Below are positions 1-9,853 of a stretch of DNA of 64,000 nucleotides, piece after piece; the stretch's first letter is position 1; each line of letters starts with the position of its first letter. Source of the DNA: a bacterium. Lineage in GTDB: Bacteria > UBA8248. Below the pieces are notes generated by a model that was given only the letters and a program-made list of their open reading frames with translations, ran no database searches and was not told the origin of the DNA. The position numbers and the translations under genes are program-made. The stretch spans positions 1,920,001-1,984,000 of the forward strand of contig OZ253442.1 in NCBI GenBank assembly GCA_965261085.1, in the 5' to 3' direction.

Positions 1-159
1 GGCTTGAAGGGCTTCATCGACGCGGAAATGCCGCTGGGCCGGTTCGGTCGCCCCGAGGAACTCTCCGCCGTGGCCGTCTTCATGGTGAGCCCGAGAGCGA
101 GCCTGGTTCACGGTGCCTGCTGGAATGTGGACGGCTCGCAAAGCCGCTCGAATATCTAA
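1..159 (+). CDS. SDR family oxidoreductase, 3' end (partial)
   Basis: Frame 1 reads ...MPLGRFGRPEELSAVAVFMVSPRASLVHGACWNVDGSQSRSNI*, a typical SDR C-terminus. Confidence 0.8.
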   Translation, partial: GLKGFIDAEMPLGRFGRPEELSAVAVFMVSPRASLVHGACWNVDGSQSRSNI

Positions 160-171
160 TCTGCAAAAAAT

Positions 172-1143
172 CTACGAAATTTTCCGGAGAGGTTCCTGTA
201 CGCGCGTTAGCCACTGCTGTTTCAGCGTGCTTTTGACGACGCGCGGGATGCTGAAGCCTATCGGTATCATCCTCGGCTCGACCAGGGGTTTAGACAGTCT
301 CGCCTCCTGAAGGGGCAGTCCCACCACGTCGATTTTATTCAGATCCGTCTCGCCGAAACCCGTCACGCGGGCGGCTTCCAAGGTTCTCAGTTTCTCAGGC
401 GAGAGCCCTGAAACCTCGCAGGCGACGCGGTCGAGCGCCACCGGGTCGGCGCTCGCGATGATGAGGCCCACTTGGCGCGGAGTGCCCTGCGCGGGTCCCT
501 GGCCTTCCATCGCGTATACGGCGTCCAGAACGGAAAGCCTCGTATTCAACAATCGCGCCGTTTCAATGAGCATGAGCGGAAAATAGTCCTCGAAAGTTCC
601 CGCCTTGAAATGCCACCACGCCTTTCTTTTTCCCGCCACGCAGCCGAACAGATTCTTGACCGCGCCCGTCATGTAAAGCTGGCAATGGGTCTTGAGCTTC
701 GGCAGGTTGATGATTCCGTCCGCATCCATGGCCTCTTTCGCCATGGTGAGATGCGCATAAACGACCCCCTCCGGATTGGGGACTTTCACCCCTGCCCGGA
801 ATTGGGTGAGTGGAAGCTTAAGTTCCTCACATACCCTCGATAAACCGGTCTGCTCGGCGCAACTGGCGAGACTTCCCCAGGCGGGACTGTCGCCCATGGA
901 TATTTTTCGTGGCGTCGTGGTTGAGTTTTGGAACTGTTCCGCCACCGCCCGGAGTATTTCAGGATGAGTCGTCAGCGCACTCTCTGGCGGCGCGCCTTTG
1001 AGGATGTTGGGTTTCAGGAGAATTTCATCGGTTGTAGAGGCGAATTGCGCAGCGCCGCCCAGCGCTTCAAAGGCCTCGGCAACGGCTTCGCTTACGCGTT
1101 CTCGGTCGTAGTCTCGACAACGGACAATCGCAACACGGCTCAT
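172..1143 (-). CDS. DUF362 domain protein
   Basis: ILLKPN, TTHPE, INLPKLKTH, GAVKNLFG, AMEGQGP and DPVALD motifs. Confidence 0.85.
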   Translation of the reverse strand: MSRVAIVRCRDYDRERVSEAVAEAFEALGGAAQFASTTDEILLKPNILKGAPPESALTTHPEILRAVAEQFQNSTTTPRKISMGDSPAWGSLASCAEQTGLSRVCEELKLPLTQFRAGVKVPNPEGVVYAHLTMAKEAMDADGIINLPKLKTHCQLYMTGAVKNLFGCVAGKRKAWWHFKAGTFEDYFPLMLIETARLLNTRLSVLDAVYAMEGQGPAQGTPRQVGLIIASADPVALDRVACEVSGLSPEKLRTLEAARVTGFGETDLNKIDVVGLPLQEARLSKPLVEPRMIPIGFSIPRVVKSTLKQQWLTRVQEPLRKIS

Positions 1144-1150
1144 GGATGGG

Positions 1151-1480
1151 TCAACTTTCTTTTTTGATGGCTTCTATCTTTTCGTCGCGCTCGGCTTCGA
1201 GCGCTTCACGCTCGCCCCTGAATTTTTGGCGGAATGCGCCCAGCGCCTCTCTGGCCTCTGGTTGGAGTCGCGCCTCGATGGCTTCGATGGGAGCGCCGCC
1301 CGTCATTTTCATCAATTCCTGCTGGTGGAGAACGTCTTTTTCGGCAATTTTTCCCTCGTATACCTTTTTGATTTCCTCAATCTTGTCCCTTTGCTCGGGG
1401 GTGAGTTTTTCCAGTTCCTGGCGCGCTTGCTCCCCGATGGCCGAAGTTTTCTCCATCGCTATTTCCAGGGCGCTTTTCAT
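1151..1480 (-). CDS. hypothetical coiled-coil protein (MKSALEIAMEK N-terminus)
   Basis: ATG at 1480 preceded by GGAGG; charged helical protein directly upstream of the DUF362 gene. Confidence 0.7.
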   Translation of the reverse strand: MKSALEIAMEKTSAIGEQARQELEKLTPEQRDKIEEIKKVYEGKIAEKDVLHQQELMKMTGGAPIEAIEARLQPEAREALGAFRQKFRGEREALEAERDEKIEAIKKES

Positions 1481-1732
1481 AATAAACCTCCACTGCAATG
1501 TGATCGTTTTTAGGCGCGCAGGCATTTTAGGTCGCGCGACCAAGGGGGTCAACATCCGCATCTTCGGGCGAAAGCCGCCGGGATGGCCCCTTCTCGATCA
1601 CGGGCGCAACGAGGTGTAATGCTCAAGTTTTCAGGTGGATAGCGAAAACCACCGGTTACTAGCTTTGTGGTGGCTCTCTGAGGCGGAAATTTTGCTATAA
1701 GAGGATGTGATACGCCCACCGTTGGAGGAACC

Positions 1733-2701
1733 ATGCGCGAACCCACTTTCGATGATGTTCTGGAGGCGCAAAAACGCATTGCCGAATACTTACAGCCCAC
1801 ACCCTTTCATGAAATGCCGGTGCTATCGGATCGCTTGGGGTGCCGATATTTTCTGAAATTCGAGTCCATGCAGCCCATCGGCGCGTTCAAGGTGCGCGGT
1901 GGCGCGAATCTCGTCGCCCAGCTAGGGCCGGATGAGAGGAAAGCGGGCCTCATCACGGCGTCTACCGGCAATCACGGGCAGTCCATCGCCTACGCCGCGC
2001 GGATTTTCGGGGTCAAGGCGTTGGTGGCGGCGCCGAATGGGGCCAATCCCGATAAAATCTCGGCTATCGAGAGACTGGGGGCTGAGGTCGCATTTGTGGG
2101 AAAGGATTTCGATGACGCCAGGGTGTGGTGTGAGGAGCAGTGCGAAGCGCTGGGTATGCGCTACGTTCATTCGGCCAACGAGCCGCACCTCATCGCGGGC
2201 GTGGCGACCCAGACGCTTGAAATCATGGAGCGCGAGCCGGAAATCGAGGTGATCATCGTGCCCCTCGGCGGGGGGAGCGGTGTGTGCGGAGCCGGCCTCG
2301 TCGCCAAGCACGTTAACCCCAATGTCCACGTGGTGGGGGTGCAGGCCGAAAACGCTCCGGCGTTTTTCAAGAGCTTTTACGCAGGGGAATTGCTGCCTCA
2401 ACCGTCGGCGGACACCTTTGCGGACGGACTCGCCACCAGGGTGCCTTTTGAGCTGACTTTCTCGATGATCAGACGATACGTGGATGAAATCGTGATGGTG
2501 AGCGAGGAGGAGATGTGTGAGGCGATTCGTCTGCTCGTCTCAGAAGTGCGCCTCATCGCCGAGGGTGCAGGCGCCGCAGCGACGGCGGCCGCCATGAAAA
2601 TGGACTTAAAGGGCAAGCGAGTCGCCGGAATCCTGAGTGGCCGGAATCTAACCAGCGAGCACCTCCATACCATCTTGAACGGCGGGACGCCTCGTCCGTG
2701 A
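1733..2701 (+). CDS. threonine/serine dehydratase (PLP, catabolic type, no ACT domain)
   Basis: KFESMQPIGAFKVRG PLP-lysine motif, ASTGNHG, VPLGGGSG; GGAGG RBS. Confidence 0.9.
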   Translation: MREPTFDDVLEAQKRIAEYLQPTPFHEMPVLSDRLGCRYFLKFESMQPIGAFKVRGGANLVAQLGPDERKAGLITASTGNHGQSIAYAARIFGVKALVAAPNGANPDKISAIERLGAEVAFVGKDFDDARVWCEEQCEALGMRYVHSANEPHLIAGVATQTLEIMEREPEIEVIIVPLGGGSGVCGAGLVAKHVNPNVHVVGVQAENAPAFFKSFYAGELLPQPSADTFADGLATRVPFELTFSMIRRYVDEIVMVSEEEMCEAIRLLVSEVRLIAEGAGAAATAAAMKMDLKGKRVAGILSGRNLTSEHLHTILNGGTPRP

Positions 2702-5262
2702 AATACGTCATCAAAAAAGAGGCCGTGAGAGTGCATGAACCGGGGAGCCTGTATGTCGAGGTTGTACTCAGCGTCCCGCAACTCAAGCCGCTCACCTACC
2801 GGGTGGAAGCTGAATTCGTGGGACGCCTCGCGCCTGGACTGCGCGTGCTCGTGCCGCTCGGAAAGAGGAAGGTGACGGGATACATCGTCCACCCGCCGAG
2901 CGAGAGCCCGCCTCCAGGCGTCGAGCCCACTTCCATAAAGCCTGTTCTGGAGATGATAGACGATGAGCCGTTGCTTACGCCGGAGCTTCTCGAGCTCACC
3001 AGATGGGTAGCGGAATACTATTGCTGTGGCTGGGGGGAGGCGCTCAAATTCGCGTTGCCGTCCCACCAGGAGAAAAAAACCGTAGAGCGTTATCGCCTGA
3101 GTGAATCGGGGAGGCGGGAGGCCGCGGGGGGCCTTGGCTTGCCCGGACTCAAGCCCTCAGAGGGGAAGGGAAGCCACAAGGCGCGCATTCTGGTGGCGCT
3201 TCGCAAGGCTCCTAGAACCATCAACTCCCTTACGGCGTCGTTCGGGCGCGGCACGCGCCCGGAACTCATGCGTCTTGTCGATGCGGGTTTCGTGGAGATA
3301 ATCGTCGATGCCGTGGGTGGTTCGGAACCTAGAAAGGCCAAGTACGCGCGCCTTTGCAAGAAGCCCGATGGGGATGAGTTGAAGAATTTGGGAAAACGCG
3401 CGAGGCGGCAGGCGGAAATCTTGCGTCTTTTGTACCAGGCCGAAGATGGGCGGATGCAAATACAAAAGCTGGAAGCCTTCTCGAAAGGGGCGCGCGCTGC
3501 ATGCGCGGCTTTGGAGAAAAAAGGATGGATCAAGGTGGAGGAATGCCTCCTCCCCGATGAAGCGGATGTTAGCGACCTGAGTCCGAGCCCCGGCGTGCCT
3601 TTTATGGACCTTACGGATGAGCAGGAAGAATCGTTTGAATTGGTGAAAGCGGATATCGAACAAAAGAATTTTTCAGTGACGCTTCTTCACGGCGTCACGG
3701 GAAGCGGGAAGACGGAAGTCTATATCCGACTGGCGCAAAAAGCCCTCGAAAACGAATTGGGTGCGTTGGTTCTGGTGCCGGAGATCGGCTTGACCTCCCA
3801 GCTGTTGGGGCGGTTTCAAGAGCGTTTCGGTCATCAGGTGGCTTGTCTTCATAGCGCGTATCCAGAGAAAAAGCGTAGATCCGAATGGCGGCGCATCAAG
3901 AATGGGGATGCGCCCATCGTTGTGGGCACGAGGTCCGCCGTTTTCGCCCCGATTCCGAACTTAGGGATGATTGCCGTGGACGAGGAGCATGACGGCTCCT
4001 ACAAGCAGGATGAAGCTCCTCGCTACCACGCTCGGGATACCGGAATCGTGCGCGCCAGGAATCTGAGCGTTCCGGTCGTGCTCGGCTCGGCGACGCCCTC
4101 AATTGAGAGCTATACGAGCGCCAGAAGCGGCCGCTTCCGCCTTCTCAAGTTGTCGCATCGACCCACGGGGGGAGCTTTGCCGGAGGTGCGGTTGGTGGAT
4201 TTAAGAAAAGAGGCAGGCTCCGACCCCAAGACGCCCGAACTTCTGACGCGCGATTTGGCGACGGCCATTGGCGAGTGTCTAGAGCGAGGCGAGCAAACGC
4301 TGTTGTTCTTGAACCGGCGCGGGTTTTCCTCGGTTATTTTGTGCCGCGAATGTGGGGAGGCGCTTCAGTGTCCTCATTGCTCCATTGCGCTTACATTTCA
4401 CCGCGAAGGCGGGGGCAGGGTGCAGTGCCATTGGTGTGATTACAGCGCGCATCCACCCAACAGATGCTCTTCCTGCCGCAGTGAGCGCGTGGGTTATTTC
4501 GGCGTAGGGACGGAGCGTGTGGAGGAGGCCGTAAGGGCGCGGTTCCCCGAAGCGCGCGTGCAACGCCTGGATCGCGATACCACCCGTCGGGCAGGCGCGT
4601 ACGAGCGGATATTCGGCGCCATGCGAAACGGAGAAATCGACATATTGATCGGGACGCAAATGGTGGCGAAGGGCCATGATTTTCCGAAATTGACGCTCGT
4701 GGGCGTCGTGGTGGCCGACGTCGGGCTTCATCTGCCGGATTTCAGGGCGAGCGAGCGGACTTTTCAGCTATTGACGCAGGTGGCCGGCCGGGCGGGCCGC
4801 GCCGATTTGCCGGGAGAGGTCCTCATCCAGACGTTCAGGCCGGATCATTTTGCGGTTCAGTGCGCTCGTACGCATGATTACGCCGGGTTTTACAAGAGAG
4901 AAGCCCTCGCGAGAGAGCGGATGGGCTACCCGCCGTATCGACGCCTGGCCAGGCTCCGTTTCGAGTCGAAAAACAAGCACCTTGCGGCGAAAGCCGGTGA
5001 ATGGACGGCCTCTTATTTGAGGAAACGTGGCGCCGTGGCGGCCGGACGCGCTGCCGATACAAGCGTGGTCGAATACCTGGGTCCCGCGCCGGCGCCTCTT
5101 TTGAGAATTCGCGGCGTATGGCGGTATCACATAATCCTGAAGGCCAGGACGTCGAGGCGCTTGGGCGAGGCGCTCAAATCGCTGACGGCGGAATTTGACG
5201 GACAACCGGCCTTTTCTTCCGTTCGCCTGGCGGTGGATGTCGACCCGATAAGTTTGATGTAG
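2698..5262 (+). CDS. priA: primosomal protein N' helicase
   Basis: GVTGSGKTEVY, DEEH, SATPS, CxxC zinc-binding motifs, GTQMVAKGHDF, QVAGRAGR, VDVDP C-terminus. Confidence 0.97.
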   Translation: MKYVIKKEAVRVHEPGSLYVEVVLSVPQLKPLTYRVEAEFVGRLAPGLRVLVPLGKRKVTGYIVHPPSESPPPGVEPTSIKPVLEMIDDEPLLTPELLELTRWVAEYYCCGWGEALKFALPSHQEKKTVERYRLSESGRREAAGGLGLPGLKPSEGKGSHKARILVALRKAPRTINSLTASFGRGTRPELMRLVDAGFVEIIVDAVGGSEPRKAKYARLCKKPDGDELKNLGKRARRQAEILRLLYQAEDGRMQIQKLEAFSKGARAACAALEKKGWIKVEECLLPDEADVSDLSPSPGVPFMDLTDEQEESFELVKADIEQKNFSVTLLHGVTGSGKTEVYIRLAQKALENELGALVLVPEIGLTSQLLGRFQERFGHQVACLHSAYPEKKRRSEWRRIKNGDAPIVVGTRSAVFAPIPNLGMIAVDEEHDGSYKQDEAPRYHARDTGIVRARNLSVPVVLGSATPSIESYTSARSGRFRLLKLSHRPTGGALPEVRLVDLRKEAGSDPKTPELLTRDLATAIGECLERGEQTLLFLNRRGFSSVILCRECGEALQCPHCSIALTFHREGGGRVQCHWCDYSAHPPNRCSSCRSERVGYFGVGTERVEEAVRARFPEARVQRLDRDTTRRAGAYERIFGAMRNGEIDILIGTQMVAKGHDFPKLTLVGVVVADVGLHLPDFRASERTFQLLTQVAGRAGRADLPGEVLIQTFRPDHFAVQCARTHDYAGFYKREALARERMGYPPYRRLARLRFESKNKHLAAKAGEWTASYLRKRGAVAAGRAADTSVVEYLGPAPAPLLRIRGVWRYHIILKARTSRRLGEALKSLTAEFDGQPAFSSVRLAVDVDPISLM

Positions 5263-5325
5263 ACGATTTTCACTTCAAGGGGAAGTCTTTTTCAGGAATC
5301 AGATGCTGAAAACGAGGAGCTTTTC

Positions 5326-6378
5326 ATGTCTCAGGAAAATTTCAGAACGGCTCTCGTGGGTCTTGGATGGTGGGCGACGCCGATAGCCGACGCCCTGCGC
5401 AGAAGCGAAAAGATGGACTTGATTGCCTGCTACACGCGCAACGAAGAAAAACGCGCTTCGTTCGCTCAGGAGCATGGATGCGAGGCAGCGCCGAGCTATG
5501 AGGCGATACTGGAGAATCCCGATGTGGAGGGAGTCCTGCTCACTACACCGAACAAGGTTCATGCGGCCCAGATAATATCCGCGCTCGAAGCGGGCAAGCA
5601 TGTCTGGGTGGAAAAACCGATAACGAACGTGCTCACCGAAGCGCCTGAAGTGCTCAAAGCCTGGAGAGTGTCCGGAAAGACCCTGGCGGTGGGGCATTGC
5701 TACCGGCGCGCGGCGGGACACCGGAAAATCCGTGCGTTAATAGAAGATGGAACTATTGGTACGCCGCTTTGGGCGGAGGCGGTGTTCTCAAACCATATGG
5801 GTCAGTTTTTCACCCCCGATAGGTGGCGTTACTTCCGGGATGAGTGCCCGGGTGGGCCTCTGATGCAGATGGGCATTCACCACTGTGATACGTTGAACTA
5901 CCTATTGGGAGAACCCGTGAGCGTAACGGGGATTCACAAAAAACTGGTCACGCCCGCCGAGATCGATGACGTGACGATGACGATTACCGAGCACGAAGGA
6001 GGCCCCGTCTCGAGCCTGATGACAAGTTTTGTGACGCCGGGCGTATTCACGCTCAAGCTGCACGGCACCCAGGCGGTTGTTTCTCTCGAGATGGTTCGCG
6101 AAAACATCACCCTGGCGCACCGGACCAACGACGAGACGACGCTGGCGATTCAAAAAGCGGGCGAAGCCGGCTGGACGGACGTGCCCGTTCCCGAAATGGC
6201 GGACATGATACTCGACGAGGTGGAGGAATTCGCTGATTGCGCGCGAACGGGGACCCCTCCCGAAACCGGTCCGCGGGAGGCCGTTCATGCCCTCGCATTG
6301 GTGGAAGGTTCGTGCCGCTCGGCGGAAGAGGGAAGAAAAATAGAGATGAAAGCACTGCTGGCCGGTATCGACATCTAG
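5326..6378 (+). CDS. Gfo/Idh/MocA oxidoreductase
   Basis: GLGWW Rossmann start, AGKHVWVEKP, GGPLMQMGIHHCD. Confidence 0.9.
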   Translation: MSQENFRTALVGLGWWATPIADALRRSEKMDLIACYTRNEEKRASFAQEHGCEAAPSYEAILENPDVEGVLLTTPNKVHAAQIISALEAGKHVWVEKPITNVLTEAPEVLKAWRVSGKTLAVGHCYRRAAGHRKIRALIEDGTIGTPLWAEAVFSNHMGQFFTPDRWRYFRDECPGGPLMQMGIHHCDTLNYLLGEPVSVTGIHKKLVTPAEIDDVTMTITEHEGGPVSSLMTSFVTPGVFTLKLHGTQAVVSLEMVRENITLAHRTNDETTLAIQKAGEAGWTDVPVPEMADMILDEVEEFADCARTGTPPETGPREAVHALALVEGSCRSAEEGRKIEMKALLAGIDI

Positions 6379-6417
6379 GAACTGTCGTTTTCCGTTGAGT
6401 GCTGTACGAAATTAAAA

Positions 6418-6492
6418 TGGTGGGCCGTACTGGATTTGAACCAGTGACTTCTGCCGTGTGAAGGCAGCGCTCTGCCGCTGAGCTAACGGCCC
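6418..6492 (-). tRNA. tRNA-Val(CAC)
   Basis: Reverse complement GGGCCGTTAGCTCAGCGGCAGAGCGCTGCCTTCACACGGCAGAAGTCACTGGTTCAAATCCAGTACGGCCCACCA folds as a cloverleaf with anticodon CAC, GGTTCAAATCC T-arm and encoded CCA. Confidence 0.97.
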
Positions 6493-6727
6493 ATGGTTTT
6501 TGCGTTTATCATAGGCCCCAGGAGGGGTCAAGGCAGATGGGCTCCAGGGGCGAGGTGTTTCATGCCGGACTATCGGGCCTGGCATGTGAGCCAACGAGGC
6601 GTTGATGAAAAATGGCTTTGAGACCGCCCCCCAAACTTTACGGCCATTCATGCCATCCGCTATGATAGGGAGTGTTGAAATCGTCATCGTCGAGTTTTCG
6701 CCAGCGACTTTGAAAGGATAATCCGAG

Positions 6728-6952
6728 ATGAACCAACTGACGAACAATGGGGTGAAATACAACCTCGAAACCCGCGAACACGATCTGTACGGGTTTGGCG
6801 TGGATGTCTTTATGCTCGAGCAGGTTGGGGACCAACCCAGGGAGCCCATCGCATTCATTCCGGGAAAAAATGAGAATGCCGCGACGATACTCACCCAGCA
6901 ATGGCTCAAGATCGCTTTTCCGGCGGAGTTGCCCAAGGGCAAGAAAAAATAG
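6728..6952 (+). CDS. small hypothetical protein (74 aa)
   Basis: ATG with AAGGA upstream, globular-looking composition, fills the gap before the RidA gene. Confidence 0.6.
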   Translation: MNQLTNNGVKYNLETREHDLYGFGVDVFMLEQVGDQPREPIAFIPGKNENAATILTQQWLKIAFPAELPKGKKK

Positions 6953-7010
6953 CGATGCGCTAGAGAGTCCCATCGGGCAGTTTTTCCAGCGCTCAAATCG
7001 GGGGAACGCC

Positions 7011-7412
7011 TTGGAGTCGCCTCAAACCATTCAAACAAACCTTGCGCCTTCACCCACCGGCCCTTTCGTTCAAGCGCGCCGCGTGGGGAATCTACTGTTC
7101 ATCGCCGGTCAACGCGGCATCAACCCCGATTCTGGGAAACTCGTTGAAAGAACCATAGAGGCGCGCGCCAGAAGGACTTTCGAAAACCTGAAAGCCATTG
7201 CCGAGGCGGCGGGAGGGTCGCTTGCGACCTTTGTTTCCACCGTCGTCTACGTGAGGGATATGGATGCCCATCGCCCGGCCATCAACCGGCTGTATGAGGA
7301 ATACTTCGGACCCAATCTACCCACGCGCACCATCGTGGAAGTGAGCGGGCTGAACCAGGACGATATTGTGGAGATAGAGGCGGTGGTGATGATCCCCGAA
7401 ACGCGGACTTAG
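7011..7412 (+). CDS. RidA/YjgF family protein
   Basis: APSPTGPFVQA, LFIAGQ, PTRTIVEV, VEIEAV; probable TTG start at 7011. Confidence 0.88.
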   Translation: MESPQTIQTNLAPSPTGPFVQARRVGNLLFIAGQRGINPDSGKLVERTIEARARRTFENLKAIAEAAGGSLATFVSTVVYVRDMDAHRPAINRLYEEYFGPNLPTRTIVEVSGLNQDDIVEIEAVVMIPETRT

Positions 7413-9001
7413 CTTGCGGGCGCCGCAGGCGCAGGAAGCGGCTCCCACCATTTCTCGACACCCAGATCATCGGCGATCGCGCCGGCCGCGTTATAGCCGG
7501 GCGCTCCGTTTAAACCACCCCCCTGGCAACTCGAACTGCACAGATAAAACCCTTCCAGCGGCGTCCGCATGCCGGAGAGCAGGGGATGGGGCCTGTTGAT
7601 CCCCAATTGTTCGGGAATGTACGCCCCCATGCGCACGCCGCCCCTGACCATGTTCTTGTTTCCGCGTTCCACGTCGAGCGGGGTGTAGATATCCGCCGCG
7701 CGAACGTTCCCGGGCGTGAGATTCGGAGCATAGCCTCGCCATACGTCCACCAGGCGCTCGGTGTATTCCTCTTTGATTTCATCCCACTTTTGGGGGCCGC
7801 CGTCTTTCAGTTCATAGGGCGCGCCGGGCCACCAGAATGCGACGTGTCCGCCTGGGGGCGCATAGGAGGGGTCGTGCTGGCTGTTGCATGAGCCGTTGCC
7901 CATCGGGCGCGACGGCAGGAGGCCGTTTCTGCGTTCTTCCGTGTTTTCGGCCATCTCCTCGCCGGAGTCCGCACCGAATATGATGTTGTACGCCTTGCCC
8001 ACGTCGGGGTCGAAATCCTCTGCGGTATATCGCGGGATTTCTGCAAGGGCGAGATGCAATGTGCTCAGGGAATGAAAACCCCAGTCCCAGTTTCGCACCT
8101 TATCGTTGACTTCATCGGGAAACGCGTCTTCTCCCGCCATCTTGATGGATGCCGGCGCATTGAGACTCGAGGCGACAAAGTGCGTCGCCATCATCTTTTC
8201 CCCGTTTTCGAGCATGACGCCCGTTGCGCGTCCGTTTTCCCGTATCACTTCCCGCACATGGCTGTTTCTCAAGACAGCGCCTCCGTTTTGGATGACGATG
8301 CGCTCGAGCGCCAAAGTCAGTTGCATCGCGCCCCCCACCGGAAGACCGAGCGTCGTGTGGGTGGAAAACAGACTCGGGAGAAAAATACCCGTGCCCGGCG
8401 CGTTCTCCACCGTGATGGCGTGAGCGAACAGGAAGAACAAGGCCCGCATTTTGGGATGCTCGAAATGTGTTTCGATGGCCTCGAAAATCGACATCTTCGC
8501 AAAGCTCAAAATCTCCCGTCCCGCATCGCTTTCCATCCGGGAGACGATTTCGGCCGGAGGTAAGGGCGGATGGAATAAAAAACTGCGCAGGAGAGGGGCG
8601 AGTTCCACGGCGAATCGCCGGTGAAGATAGGCGTATGAGTCGGCGTCTTTTTGAGAGAATTTAGAGATGGACGCTGCGCTTTTCTCAGGGTCTCTGTGCA
8701 GCAGGATGGCCGTGCCGTCACGATACAGCGTGGCGTGCTGCACGTCGGGCGTGAGCCACTTGAATCCGTATTTGGTCAACTCCAGGTCTTTGACGATGGG
8801 AAAATCATCGAGGCCGATGAAGAAATTCGCGTGCATATTGGATTGGTAGCCGGGCAGCAGGAATTCCTTGGTGCTCGAGCCGCCGCCGATTTCGGGTTCG
8901 CTGTCGAGAACGGCGACTTTGAGCCCCGCCCGGGCGAGATACGCCGCGCACACCAAGCCATTATGTCCCGCCCCGATCACAACCCCATCGAATTGCGCCA
9001 T
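7409..9001 (-). CDS. phytoene dehydrogenase-like FAD-dependent oxidoreductase
   Basis: IGAGHNGLVCAAYLA, PVGG, TPLD, RTPLEGFYLC, GAPGYNAA. Confidence 0.88.
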   Translation of the reverse strand: MAQFDGVVIGAGHNGLVCAAYLARAGLKVAVLDSEPEIGGGSSTKEFLLPGYQSNMHANFFIGLDDFPIVKDLELTKYGFKWLTPDVQHATLYRDGTAILLHRDPEKSAASISKFSQKDADSYAYLHRRFAVELAPLLRSFLFHPPLPPAEIVSRMESDAGREILSFAKMSIFEAIETHFEHPKMRALFFLFAHAITVENAPGTGIFLPSLFSTHTTLGLPVGGAMQLTLALERIVIQNGGAVLRNSHVREVIRENGRATGVMLENGEKMMATHFVASSLNAPASIKMAGEDAFPDEVNDKVRNWDWGFHSLSTLHLALAEIPRYTAEDFDPDVGKAYNIIFGADSGEEMAENTEERRNGLLPSRPMGNGSCNSQHDPSYAPPGGHVAFWWPGAPYELKDGGPQKWDEIKEEYTERLVDVWRGYAPNLTPGNVRAADIYTPLDVERGNKNMVRGGVRMGAYIPEQLGINRPHPLLSGMRTPLEGFYLCSSSCQGGGLNGAPGYNAAGAIADDLGVEKWWEPLPAPAAPAS

Positions 9002-9077
9002 CGGATTTTCTCCTCAAATGGTGGATAAAGAACTTCCACCTTATCGAATCGGGAGTGAAAGGGCAAAAAGGCGGAAG

Positions 9078-9110
9078 AAAAAACACCCTGCCACGGTGAC
9101 CAGGGTGTTT
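9078..9110 (-). terminator. rho-independent terminator after DsbA-like gene
   Basis: AAACACCCTG-N10-CAGGGTGTTT inverted repeat; the A-run gives a U tail on the minus strand. Confidence 0.6.
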
Positions 9111-9151
9111 CATTCATTCGTATGGGCGGAGCGGAGCCCCGGGAGTGCGGT

Positions 9152-9784
9152 TTAACTCTCTTCTTTATCCTTTTCGAGCCGTTCCTGCTTCACGCGGGCG
9201 ACCTCGGTCTTGACGTCGTCGATAACGTCTTTGCCCCAGAAGAGCTTTCCCTCCACCACGAACGTGGGGATTCCGAAGATACCCAGACCTTTTCCCTGGG
9301 CGCGCTGGCTGTGCAGTGCGCCGATGTAGCGTCCCTCGGCGATGACGGCTTTGATTTCCTCCCCGTCCAGGCCGACATCCTCACCGAGTTTGGCAATGAC
9401 GTCCAGATCTTCCAGGTTCTGGTCGTCCACCCAGCGGGCCTTGTAGCAGCGGTCCCGAAATTCCTTGAATTTCCCCTTGTCCCGAGCGTAATAGGTAGCC
9501 ATGTGAAGGTTGGTGGTGCGGTAGTCGCCTCCGGCGACCCGGATGGGCACGTCGTACTTATCGGCGAGAGGTTTGTGGTTCGTCTCGTAACTTTCTTTTT
9601 TCCGTTCGGGAGAGTAGCCGGCGAACTCCTGACCGGGGGGTCTTCCCTCCCAGCTGACCCACTCGACGACCACGTCGAGGTCTTCTTCAATCACAGGTAT
9701 GCCACCGACGGTGGCGACGTAGCAAAATGGTCAGGTGTAATCCGAGTATTTCACCACAACAATCGGTTCTTTCAACTCACCCAT
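9152..9784 (-). CDS. DsbA/FrnE-like thioredoxin-fold selenoprotein (UPFC)
   Basis: ATG 9784 with GGAGG; reads MGELKEPIVVVKYSDYT-TGA-PFCYVAT in frame with the 9152..9694 ORF; TGA at 9733-9731; cis-Pro motif GIPTF; hairpin 9701-9715. Confidence 0.85.
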
Positions 9785-9853
9785 GGCGTTGCCTCCGTCT
9801 TGTTTTTAATAGACCTCTTGAATGCCGGTGAATGTATAGCCGCAATTTTCAAT

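Noticed and set aside
6418-6492. tRNA as an integration site
   Set aside because: No integrase nearby and no duplicated tRNA 3' end noticed.
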